From Geosiphon pyriformis uo1 (lineage: Eukaryota; Fungi; Glomeromycota), in contig JAAOMT010000381.1 of the NCBI GenBank assembly GCA_016748015.1, forward strand, positions 40,713 through 104,712: DNA of 64,000 nucleotides. Reading direction: 5' to 3'. The notes below the pieces were generated by a model. It saw only the letters and a list, made by a program, of their open reading frames with translations. It had not been told where the DNA came from and searched no databases. The position numbers and the translations under genes were made by a program. Position 1 is the stretch's first letter. Each line of letters starts with the position of its first letter. This document shows, one piece after another, positions 14,268 to 27,500 of this stretch.

Positions 14268-17200
14268 GTCAATTAAAAATACTTCTGTTTTAAGAATAGT
14301 GTATTTATTTATACTTGATTTTTGCTAATTATTTGAGTCAGTATTACCACAACAGACAACCAATTAGATCGTTTATAATATTTCTTGAGTTATGTATCAT
14401 AAACAGAACAATTATTGAAAATTGTTCTGGATTGATTTTAAAGAATATAAAAACCATTGTTCAAAACTTTGTTGACTAAAAAAGGTCTTTTTTACTGGCT
14501 AGAGAATTTATTACAATAAAAATTGTCTTTGTTTGAACAGTATTCCAATACTAAATTACCAATACTTAAGAAAAGTGTTTTATAAGTTTTTTTTTTCTTA
14601 AGCTTTTCTTGGAACTGTTTTATCTTTTCAAAAGCAATTATTTGTGCTTTTACTAAGGAATCAAGAATGATACCAAGTCTTTTTTACAAAATGTTTTTAT
14701 AATTTTCTATTGTGATTTCTTTAAAAATATTGTTTTAATATCAGTTTTTATTGGTAGTGTTGCCATGTGTTTATAGAGCAGATAAAAAAATTTATAACTT
14801 GTTATGTTATGATTCACAGTTCTATAAGCAAACAAAACTGAAAACAGTACTTTGTCTCATAAGTTTGTTTTTTTATTGGTTTTGGCTAAGGTTTTACATA
14901 AAATTTTATTGAAATATTCTATTAGACTATTTGTTTGAAAGTGGTAAAGAAAAAAAAGTTTATAACATATTTCCATTTTTTTACAAAGTTCTTCAACTAG
15001 TATACTGAGAAAAGCTTTTTTTCTATCAGATAAAAGTTTTTTGGGGCAGCCATAATGGCAGATAATATCTTAATAAATGAAGTTAGTTATTGAGACTGCT
15101 GTTTGGTCTGAAATGATTCTTGCTTCTACTTACTTTGTAAGATAATTGGTAGCTGCAATAATGTATCTATTGCCATCAAAAGTTATTGTTAAGAGTCTAA
15201 CAACATCTATACAAATTCTGTCAAATGATTGGCCAACAAAGATTGGATAAATATTTTTCTTCTGGTTGGGTTTTTCTCTTCTTTGACAAGTGTTACAGAT
15301 TTTAATGTACTTAGCAATGTTTTTTTCTAAGATAGACCAATAATAGTAAGCTAAAGTTTTCTGAATTGTTTTTGTTTTTCCAAAGTGTTCAGCTAATGAA
15401 TCAGTGTGCATGTTGTAGATCACAATTTTTTTTTCTTTAAATTTAATGACTTTTTGGAAGTGATTAGATTCTTTTCTATTTCTTTTGTAAAATTGGTTCT
15501 AGTGAATTAAATAGAAATTTGATTGTTTGCACAAATGTTCTTTTTGCTGTTAAGTGTATTCTGGTGAATATTGTTTTTTACCCAAAAATTTCATTAAGGC
15601 AGAATAATTGTTCAAATCTATTATTGTGTTTGTTTATAAGAGTATTACTAATAATTAAGTTGGTTTGGTTGAGAAGTTGTATTATTACTGAATAGTAAGT
15701 CTAAAGAAAGCATTGTTACTAGTAGAATTTTAGTCATTAATTAGCATGAATTTATCTTCATAATTTTTATTATTAATTAGCATATACTATTATCATTTCA
15801 ATTATTACTTATTATTTAACTAAATTATCAAATATCATCATTTAATTAATAACCCAATTTGTACTATAGAAATTAAGATAATCAATATTCTGAACCATTT
15901 AATATAATCAAAATTCATAAAAATTGGCCGAAATAATTAATAATTTGTAGAAATAACTTGTAATTTGCCAAAATATATCTTTAGTTTGCCAAAATTAAAG
16001 CAAAGAGAAAAGTGCAAGTTCAAAGACTAGTACTATAACAAATTATATAAAAAAAAAGCTTCTCTTTTCAAAAAAATGTATCTTCTTATAGTATTTTATC
16101 ATAGTATCTTACTTTAAATATCTTAATTAGAACAAATCACTTTTTATACATCTTAAATAAAAATTAAATATTCGAAAACCAAATTCTTTGATTATTGCAT
16201 TTGAAATTTCCTTAACACAACTAATATTTTGAAATTGATTAGCTACTAACTTTAGTAATCTGTTAATAATTTCAGACCTGAATAGAAAATGTTTCCTTTA
16301 ACACAATTCTATTTCTTTTACATTTTTTTTATTTTCTTTTACTTTTTATTATAATCATTAGAGTAGTCTACAGACAAAATTTTTATAGAAAAGTTGATTT
16401 TTACAGCAAAGTAACTACACATTTTAGTGAGCTTCTAGATAAGCAATTTTTGAGAAAGAGTTGACATTTACTACAATATAACTACACAAAACAACTGGCA
16501 TAAAATTGACCATTTTATTTATAAAACCAGCAGTTCAAATTATAGAAGATAATTTGAAGATAAATTCAGTTATTAGAGGTTTAACAGCTTTCAAAAAATG
16601 TGAAATTAGCAACAAACAGACATTAAAAACACTCAAGAAAAGATACCAAAAATCTTTGGTAATATTTGGTGCTCTTCTACAGAAATAATATAGCAATAAC
16701 AACTTTAAAATAGCGACCACACTAGACACAACAACTCTAGAATATTATTAGTTAATTTACACTCACTGTAAACAAAGATTCAATATCCAAAACGGAATTG
16801 AAATTTTCAAGAAATCATTATACCAACATATTAAAAACTGTATTAACAATTATCTTTTTGGAAATTACAATATTTCAAAAGTTAGAAACAACCTCTATAA
16901 TAATTTATTACATTATTCACAAATGAAAACTGAAGCTCTTAACAGTGAAACACTTGCCATCTACTTCTAAGAACTTAATTTTAATATTATTTAGTATTGC
17001 GAAAAAAAATATTCAGTACAATTTAAATACTCTGTTGACTTTAAATCAGAACCAGAAAACAGCAACAACAGAAAACAAAAAAAGAAACTTTGAATTATCT
17101 ATACAACTTACAACATACCAAAAACAACTGCTAAATACTTACAAATACTTAAACAAGGAACCAGTATTAAATTACCACTTTCTATTATACTATTTCCAAT

Positions 17201-20034
17201 TTTGCTTGCTTAATCACAAACACCAAATTTACTACTTATCTGTTTCTTAAGACCAGAAGATTTTCAGTTACCTAAAAGTTCTATTCAACAGCAAAAACTA
17301 ATATTAACTAGCATTAATCTTCTTAATTACTTACAGGAAAACAAAAATAATTATTCAGAGAACTTAGAAAGTAAAAAAACTGAATCAAAATAAGAAGAAA
17401 CTACAGAAAACAAAGAAGAAATAACAACTGCTTATATTGCAAAAATTCCAAAATTTATTAGTGAAAATAATAATACTAGCCCTCAAGAATGGCTTAATAA
17501 AGTCCAGAAAGCAGGAGATGTAAATGAATGAAATATAGCAAGAATGCTCAAAGCAATCTTATACTTTCTTTAAGGAACTGCAGAAAAATGGTTTGAAAAC
17601 TTAAAAAAACTATTTGAAAACTGGCAAGCATTCAAAAATGTTTTTTTACAACAATTTATTAACAACTCTTCGAAATTGCTTTCACAATATTAAGCAAAAA
17701 ACATCTGAAACTGTTATGACCTATTTTAGAAGATTCAATAAACTTCTTAGACAAATTTGACAATTGGAAACCAATGATTACTATTTTAATGCCCAGATTT
17801 TAGATCAGTTTATAGCAGGATTAAAAAACAAATTGATTAAGAAAGTTTGTTCACATGTCCCAACAGACTTAGCAACAGCTATTAAATATGCAAAAAACTA
17901 TGAAATAGCAATAAAAAAAGCAAACTATACCAAACTTATGAATCTTGCTATTGAAAAAACCAGCTTAGCAGCTGAAGAGAAAATTAACCAACTCACAAAA
18001 AAAGTTGAAAACTATTTTACCAATTAACAACAACAGCAACAACTATAAAGATATTAGCCACTTCAATGACACAATCAAAACAATTACTCTTTATTATCTA
18101 ACAATTAACTACAAAGCTATTATTATTGTGAAATTTTAGGACTTTAGAAATAAGATTGTAGAAAGATGCAAAGAGACCAACAAAACAAGAATAATTAATC
18201 TTATCTTTAACCTCAACAAGCTTATTATCAATCTCTATTACTACCACCTGCTTATTATTTTTTAAGACCCCAACAGTAAAACAATTACTATTAGTCTGCT
18301 TCATAGCAATAATACCAACAACTTCTGCCAACACCACAGTACTAGCAATTACTCTTCCAGTCTAATAATATTAAATATTTGCAAAAAAAGTAGAACAACA
18401 AAACCAAGTTATATCTCAAAACCGTTTTTTAACAAACAACAACAGATTCAATTCAAACAACTAATTAGTTTCTCAAAATTTGATTCAAAGATTCAATCAC
18501 TATTATATCCAGCCAAGTTACTTAACCATGCCTGAAAAACAGGATTTTTAACAAACTGTACTTTCTAAAGATAAAGCTACAGCACCAAGATCAAACTCTT
18601 CCAACAATACTATTTTACCAGCCCAAATTGCTCAAAATGCCAATCTCTCATATATATTTCCATTTAAATTTGAAGCCAATAAAACACTATTTTTGTTTAG
18701 CAATACAGCAGTCAATAAACAAAAAGCAATCATTGCTATATATACTAAAGCTAAAGTAAAAGAAAAACAAATCCACTTAATTCTAAACAGTAGATCTGTT
18801 AAAAGTATTATCACTTATCAATTAATGCAACAGCTTAGAAAAAATGTTGACAGACCAGCTTAAACTGTAATTGTTACAACTGATAGAATGAAAAAAACTC
18901 TAGTAAAAGAAATTGACAACTTTTCATTTATTATTAATGGAATTACCATTCTAGTTAAAATTTTAGTCATAAATACACTTTAATATTAAGTTCTTATCAG
19001 AAATAATTGGCTTCTTAAGGCCAATGTAAATTTAAATTAAAAAACTCAGAAATTAAAGATTTTATATCAAAGACAATACATTAGAGTACCTGTTACCTAT
19101 GGTATTTTTTATAAAAAATCTAAAAAAGCCTTAGTATTCAAATTTGAAAAAGAAAAAAAACTACCAATTACTGAAACCTTTATGGCTCTTAGATTACTAT
19201 CTAATTGGACTGAGAAAACAGAACAAAAAATTTTTGAAGAAATCAGAAGATAGAATGTAATTAGATATTCTATATTAGAACCAAGGAAACAACCATTTTA
19301 TATTCCACTCAAATACAAAGATTACAACAAGAGACTTTTATCAATGAGAGCATATATTTTCCCAGAAGAGAAATATAAAATTCATATTTGTTATTACTAT
19401 AAAGCATGTCATAGAGAACAATTTGAATATTTCAAATAAAATAAAAAATAAGACAACATTTCTTGTTTCACATGTAAAGACATGCAACCAAAAAATTGCA
19501 ACTGAATTGATGTTGCAATAAAAAGAGGAGTATGTAATTAAATTTGCCAATATGTCTTATCAATTTCGAGAAAAGTTAGAAGAGGAACACCATTTGATGC
19601 AGCATACAACAGTGCTCTCAACAAACTCTATCACTACTCTTATAATGCTAAAATAATCTTTAATTTAACAATGACTTTAATCAATAGAGCTATACAGAAA
19701 GATGTTTGTCAAATAAAAGAAGCTGAATACATTGAATACATAATAGAATTAGCTAGATTCAACTATGAAAATAAAGTAGAAACATACCACCAAATTACAA
19801 GCCACACTTATCTAATCCAAAAAGCTCAAATTTAATAATTAAAACAAATAAACATTCAATTATATGAAGAATGTATCATGTTTTGTGATAATAAATAGTG
19901 TTCAGAATGTTATGCCCTTAGCATTCTCTTATCCAACAAAAATAACCAGAAGAAAATTAAGTTTGGAAAACTTGAGCCAAAAGAAAAAATTGCAACAACT
20001 TTAATCTATCTTATTGAAAATTAACCAGCCTTAT

Positions 20035-20460
20035 AACTCAAATATTTTAACAACAATGGTCAAGAAATTAAGCCAGAAAAAGCTCATGATATGGATGTTA
20101 GATATAATCTATAATACCCAGGAAAAGATACTTTGGTTTTTCAACCAAAATCTTTAACAAAAATCAATCTAAAAATTGCTCTCAAAATTTTACCAGGAGC
20201 AATAGTTTAAATTGCTTCTTGATCATCCTTAGCCAGCAAAAGAATCAACATCAGAGAAGAAGTTATAAATGCAGAATACACTGGAAACATGACCATTATG
20301 CTACAAAATGAAACTAAAAACCATTCAGAATAGAACATGCTGAAAAAATTGTCCAAGCAATTTATTTACTCTTAATTAACATTTCAGAGTTACAATCAGT
20401 TAATAACAGAAAACAATTAGGCAAAAGTGAAAGAAGAATACAAGATTTTGGTTCAACTGA
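20035..20460 (+). pseudogene. dut: Trimeric dUTPase domain inside pol, between protease and RT
   Basis: All five dUTPase motifs are recognisable: DVRYNL (AGYDL), IAS*SSLA (RSSLA), EVINAEYTGN (GVIDAGYTG), EKIVQ (KIAQ), RRIQDFGST (RG.GFGSTG). Confidence 0.9.
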
Positions 20461-23400
20461 ACGATTTACAGTTCCAGTAAATATAGCTCTTAATACACAG
20501 AATGAATTTTACCAGATTCTTTAACTTCTCCAACCAATTACCATTTTTTCTTTTGGAGAACATTACGAAATTTACACTTGCTCAAAATTCACTACTACTC
20601 AACAAATCTTTGAATTCAATAAACAAATTTGTTTAAAGCATAAAATCTCAATCTTAAATGTTTATATTCTCAAAAAAATGAAAAAATTTTGAGTTAAATT
20701 TTACAACCCCAACAATTATCTTATTGTTTTATTAAATAAATTAGAAATTGGAATCATATATAGCAACATCTTCCAAGATAAAAACTTTCAAATTGTTTCT
20801 AATTTTATTGAAATTATAAGATATATCTTACTTCCCAACCCAAACATTATTTCTACTACTGAAAACTACCACCTTGTGAAAGAAAAACTCTTTCAAATCA
20901 ACATGGGTCTCTTAGAACTTTAATAACAAAGACAATTGAAACAGCTAATAGCTGAATTTGCTAATATATTTGCAAAAGACAACAATGTTTTGAAAAAAAC
21001 TGATATTGTTTAACATCAAATTCACACAGAAGATGTTCTACTAAAATAATAACAAGTCTATTAAGTTTTATTTGCTAGTTACCAATTTATTAGAGAAGAA
21101 GTTTAAAGAATGCTCAATAATAGATTGATCCAATTATCAAAAAGTCTATGGGCTTTATTAGTAGTTCTTGTTAAAAAGAAAAATAGAAAAATCAAATTTT
21201 GTGTTGATTATTGACAATTGAATAGTGTCACAATTAGAGATGCTTATCCTTTTTTAAGAATTAATAACATATTAGATGTTCTAAAAAAAGCCAAGTTTTT
21301 TTCAACTCTAGACTTGGAAAGTAGATACTAGTAAATTGAAATAAACCCAAAAGATTGTTTCTAAACAGCATTTATTATTCAAGAAAGAAACTATGAATTC
21401 AATGTTATGTTTTTTGGACTCTGTAATACACCAGCAACATTCCAGCAACTTATAGATGTTGTATATAAAAAACTTTTATGGCAATTAGTAATTGTCTATC
21501 TTGATAACACTAATGTGTACTTACCAAGCTTTAAAGCTCATCTCATTTACCTGCAAAAAGTTTTTTAATGATTATGGAAAACAGAATTAAAATTAAACAT
21601 TGAAAAGCATTACTTTAGAAAAACAAGCTTAATTTTTCTGGACACTTTGTTAGCAAAGATAAAGTCAAACCAAATCTTGAAACAATCAGTGCTATTAAAA
21701 ATTTTCAAACTTCCAAAAATATCACAAAGCTATGAAAATTTGTAGAATTAACTTTCTATTATTGGAAATTCATAAAAAAATTCTTAGAGATTGCCAAACC
21801 ACTCAACTATCTTACCAACAAAAACATGCCATATTAGTGGACTAAAAAACAGCAAAAAGCTTTTAAAATTCTTAAAACAAAATTGACAACAGCTCCAGTT
21901 CTTGCTTACTCAAACTTTAACAACTGATTCCAGTTAGCCACTGATGCTTTACACACAGCTTTTGGTGCCATTTTATTACAATTAGATGATAATAACAATA
22001 AATAAGTAATTGTTTATGCTAGTAGAATACTTAAACCAACAAAACTCAAATATAACTCAACTGAATTAGAAGTCACCACAGTTATTTGGGCTCTCAAACA
22101 TTTTCAACAATACTTGAAAAATGGAAAAGAATTTGATATCATAACTGACAATATTGGTCTTAAATGACTTAGTAAAAAAAAACAGAACAAAGTACCAAAC
22201 AGTTTTGATGAAATGATTTTCTAGCAGACTACAAATATATTATATATTACAAACCAGAAAAACTACACACCAAAATTGATAGTCTTTCAAGAATAAGACA
22301 AGATTAATATTAACAACAAAACCACCACAACTTACTAAATCTATCAACAAAAATAACCAAACAATAATGGATTCCAGAAACTACAACAACATCAAAAAAT
22401 ATTTGAAAACTCTTACTATGCAAGAAAATTGGTCTCCAAGTGAAAAACATTAATTATAATACCAATCAAATAATATTTTATATATTACAACAAAATTTAT
22501 TATAAAAATTACAGAAATTCAAACTAACCACTTAGATTAATACAAAAAAATAAAAAAGAAACAATTTTATATGTATACAGATCCTTTTTTAGCATACTTA
22601 AGAAGAGATAAAACAATTCAAAAAATTTTTGAACAATATTTTTGGCTCCACATACAAAAAAACATTTGACAATATGTAAAATTTTGTAATAATTGTCAAA
22701 AAAGAGAAAGAATTTACTCCACAGAACCTTTAAATCTAATTAAAGTTAAACAACTTTTTGACAAAGTTGAAATTAATTTAGTTAGACCATTACCTATCAC
22801 AACCCAAAAAAATTTTTATATTGCAGTTGCAATAGATTATTTTACCAAATAGCCTAAAGCTAAAGCCATCTAAAGAGCAAATACAAAATCAGTAGCAAAT
22901 TTTATCTATAAAGACATTATTTGTAGACATAAATGCCCAATTAAACTTTTATCTGATCAAAAAACACATTTTGTAAACAACTTAATACAAAAAATTTGTG
23001 AATAATTTAATGTCAAAAGATCTCTATTATTATCTTATTATCTCCAAACAAATAGACTTATAAAACATTTTAACAGAACATTGTATGAATCTTTAGCCAA
23101 AGTCTTAACTAATTTTAAACAAGAATAGAATATATTTATTCCATTAATGTTACTGTCTACAAAACACTAAAACAAGATACTATGAAGCACATACTATTTG
23201 ATTTTACTTATAAAAGGACAGCAATATTACCAATTAATTTCATAATAGAAACATATCCAGTACAACCAATCAATGAAGAAAATTTTCAAGAAATACTTTA
23301 AAGAAGAGTCTACACTCTTTTTAGTACACTGGAAGAAAAAGAACAAATAGTAGCCACTTATATTAAACACTTTCAAGCTCAACAAAAAGAAAGACATAAT

Positions 23401-23909
23401 AACAAATTGCCATCAGTTATCAATAAATTTAAAGTTGGAAATAAAGTTTTCTTACATAGAACTAAGGCTGAAAAACAATAAAATAGGAAATTTGAACATA
23501 AATAGAATGGATCATTTTATATTCATAAAATTCTAGGCAATAGATTATATAAATTAAAACTAAAGGACAAAGTATTAGCAAAAGTTGCACATAAAGATTG
23601 ATTAAAACACTATTATTCCAGAAACAATCTTGAACTATTAATTTCACAAATTGGTACACATTTCCTTTTAATTAATCCTGAAGATATTCTTCGAAATTTA
23701 GAACCAATAGTTATAATAAAACAACAACCAAACTTGAATAATTAATTTAAAATTTTATAATTATCCCTTTAAAATACACAAAAATATAAAACAAAAATAG
23801 TAAATAATTACAAAAAACACTCAAAACCAAAAAAATAAAATAAAATAAAATAAAAAATAAATCTTATACCCAAAAATAAATTTTCTTATTCTTTTTCAAA
23901 ATTTTATTA

Positions 23910-24525
23910 GTAATTATTTTTATCATAATTATTTCTCAAAATATTTAACAAATATTCCAAAAATTAATGTTAGTCTTGAAAACATTTTCTGACTTATCAA
24001 TAATGATTAATAGAAGTCAAATTAATTATATCCAAAAAAAACCACAACACTAGTAGTAAATAATTCTCAAAATTATTATTCTTATAGAAGAAAAACAAGA
24101 AGACACTCTGGAAATTAATTATTAAAACTTTTAAAGCAAGCATTAAAAGAAAATTTTTTATTGGAAAAACACTTTATGAATGAAAACTAAAATTTACAAC
24201 AACAAATCTCACTTCTAAAACTATACAAAAACAAATTCACAATGAATTCAAAACAGCAGCTAGACCAACAAACATTTGCTACAAACTTAGAGCAGCATTT
24301 AGACTCTATAATTTATTCAATACTTGTGAAAACGTCTTACAAAATCTAATACTTCATCCAATAAAGATTCAATACATTGGAAAGTTCACAGAACTGAAAT
24401 TTCAACAATTTTCAGACCAGATTACTTCAATTATCTTAGACCACTATTTTAATATTACAGATAGTGCTTGGACTTTGAAAAAGCTCAGTCTTGAGAAGAA
24501 AATTATGTTATCAGTAAAATTTTAG
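23910..24525 (+). pseudogene. ORF3 (accessory ORF downstream of integrase) of the lineage D element
   Basis: The frame starting at 24121 reads IKRKFFIGKTLYE*KLKF...QIHNEFK...YKLRAAFRLYNLFNTCENVL...IQYIGKFTELKFQQF and is open from 24184 to 24525, running into the LTR. Start approximate. Confidence 0.7.
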
Positions 24526-27500
24526 CCATTAATTAACATGAAATTACTCTTATAATTTCTATTATTAATTAGTATATAGTATTATTATTTCAATTATTAC
24601 TTATTATTTAACCAAATTATCAAATATTATTATTCAATTAATAACTCGATTTATACCATAGAAATTAAGATGATCAAATTACACAATACTCTGAACCATT
24701 TAATATAATCAAAATTGGCCGAAATTGATGAAAATTGGCCGAAATAATCAATAGTTTGTAGAAATAACTTGTAGTTTGCCAAAATGTATCTTTAGTTTGC
24801 CAAAATTAGAGCAAAGAGAAAAGTGCAAGTTCAAAAACTAATATTACAACAAGTTGTATAAAAGAAAAACTTCTCTCTTTAAGAAAATATATTTTCTCAT
24901 AGTATCTTACCATAATATCTTACTTTAAATATCTTAATTAAAACAAATCACCATTTACACATCTCAAATAAAAATTAAATATTCGAAAAACCAAATCTTT
25001 TAAATTATTACATTTGAAATTCTCTTAATACAACTAACATTTTGAAATTGATTAGCTATCAATTTTAGTAATCTGTTAATAACTTCAGGCCTAAATAGAA
25101 AATGTTTTCTTTGACATAATTCTATTTTTTTTATATTTTTTATATTTTTTTTTGCTTTTTATTATAATTATTAAAATAGTTTACAGACAAAATTCCTCTA
25201 GAAAAGTTGACTTTTATAGCAAAGTAACTACACATTTTAGTGAGCTTTCAGACAAGCAATTTTTGGAAAAAAGATAATGTTTACTACAACATAACTACAC
25301 AAAACAACTGGCACAGAATTGGCCATTCCAATTATAAGCCCAGTAGTTCAAATTATAGGAAATAATTTGAAAATAAATTCAGTTATTGAAGGTTCAACTG
25401 CTTTCAAAAAACATAAAATTAGCAACAGACAGATATTAACAACACTCAAGAAAAAAGACCAAAAACTTCCAATAACAGTATTAGTGTTTTGATAATTTGC
25501 TCTTTTGTAGTATTAAATATCATAATCAAATTCATCCAGATGAAGTATTCAGCAAGTTATTTGTTTGTGTTCTAGCTTTTTTTTATTGTACAGTCAAACC
25601 AAGACTTAATAATCTATTATTACTAAGAATTTTACACCAAGAAGATATTGGTTCTAGTAACTAATAGTTCAAACTACTGTTAAGTATTCTTTTTCAGTAA
25701 TTGAATAGTTTTTTTCTGTTGGTGTAAGAGTTTTATTAGCATATACTATAATATGTTCTCTGTTATTTTCATTTTTTTGTAAGAGAACACCATCAAGTTT
25801 ATAACCAAATGCATCAGTATGCAAAATAAAAGGTTGGTCCAAATCAAGTTGTTTAAGAATTAGTTCAATAACAAGTTTTTTCTTTAGAGTTTCAAAAGCT
25901 TTTTGTTAATAAGTGCTCCAGTGATAATTAACATTTTTTCTGAATAGTTAATTAAAAAGAAAGATAATTTTGAAGAAATCTTAATAAATTTACAATAGTA
26001 AGAAGTTAAATCAAGAAAAGAGCATAGTTCAGAAACATTTATTGATTGTTTAATGTTCTAAACTTTTTTAATTTTAGCTGGGTCAGAAAAGATTTCATTT
26101 TTTGTAATAAAATAACCAAGAAACTGGATAAATTGTTATTCATAGGAAAATTTGATTGAGTTTATCTTAAGACCAGTATTTCTAAGGAGATTAAAAACTT
26201 TTTACAAGTGTTCAAGGTATTTATTCCAGATTTTGAGTATACTATTATATCGTTTAAATAGACTAGAACAAAGTTTTTTTTTACTGATTCAAACATTTTG
26301 TTTATTAGGTGTTGAAAAATAGAAAGAGTATTAGTAAAACCAAAAAACATAAATGTGAATTTATAAGTGCCATATTTGGTAATAAAAGCAGTTTTTTTTC
26401 TACTTTCTGGATCTATTTCTACTTGCCAGAATTTAGCAGTTAAGTTAATGGTTGAAAAGAAAACAGCACCATTGAATTTGTTTAGCATTGCATTAATTTT
26501 TGGAAGAGAATACATATTTCTTATAATAATGGTATTTAATTGGTAATAGTCAACACAAAAGCATAGAGTTCTATCTTTTTTGGATATTATTACAACTGAA
26601 AAAGCTCATTTATTTTTGGTTTTTTGTATGAATCTAAGATTTTTCATTTGAGTTATTTCTTTTTTGATAAACTTATTATTGTGCTAATTAAATTAATAAA
26701 ACTTTAAATAGATAGAACAAGTTTTTTTGGTAGTAATAGTGTGTTGTATTACATGAGTTTGTCTAAGAATATCACCTTCTTTTGAAATAACTGAGCTATT
26801 TCTAATTAACAAATTGTTAATGTCTATTTTTCTTTTTTCTGGGGAGAGTTTTCTTTGTTCTATTACAAGTGATTAAATCTCAAGTGGTTCACTTTCAAAG
26901 AATTTTTGTACTTTTCTTAATTTTTCTCTTGGTATTAGACTAATTGGCTCCCAATTTTTGTAATAGATCAGACAAGATTTGTATTCATTACTAAAAAAAT
27001 ACAAAGATTTATTGCACCAATACTTGGCACAAAAACCATGTTACCAATAACTGTATTTGGCTTTCTTGCCAGATTTTCTATTAAAGATTTTTTTGAGAAT
27101 ATTATAGTAAGACCAGCAGATCAGCTTGCCATTTACCATAATTCTTTTTTTGTCAGCTTTAACATTGTTCAGTGGCTTGCTATTGCTGGTGAAAATAATA
27201 TAAGCGAGTTTAGCAGTTTTTTCTTGTTTTTTTTTAATTTTTTTTATTATCATTTTCATCATTATTTGATTTATCTGATTGTTTTTCTTCTTGATTTTGC
27301 TTGGATATTGGGAGAGTTGTCCAATAATGGCACTTAACCACAATAGACTTCTTATTACATCTGATAATTAGTTCACAAAGTTCATAGTCAAGTAGTGCTT
27401 TGGCTTTCTTAGGCCACTTATTACTAACAATAATGGTGTATTCTTTTGCTTTAGATACTTCTATATCAGTTTTAATGCTGATGTTATTAATGCAAACAGG

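Larger units (their letters stand above)
15714..25477 (+). mobile_element. Full-length decayed Ty3/Gypsy element (lineage D): gag-PR-Cys-rich-dUTPase-RT-RH-IN-ORF3, TSD GCAT/GTAT
   Basis: LTRs at 15714-16664 and 24506-25477 (TGTTA...TAACA). PBS TTTGGTGCTC at 16665. PPT at ~24493-24502. CCHC ~18118. Protease LILNSRSV ~18778. RT VYLDN ~21494. RNase H ATDA ~21937. Integrase ~22570-23620. Removing the element restores the host motif NTNAFFRL (decayed NADALSRL). Confidence 0.95.

Noticed and set aside
23400-23750. Chromodomain at the integrase C-terminus
   Set aside because: Only a GPY/F SH3-like tail ending LEPIVII is visible, with no Y.VE.I or YLVKW motif.
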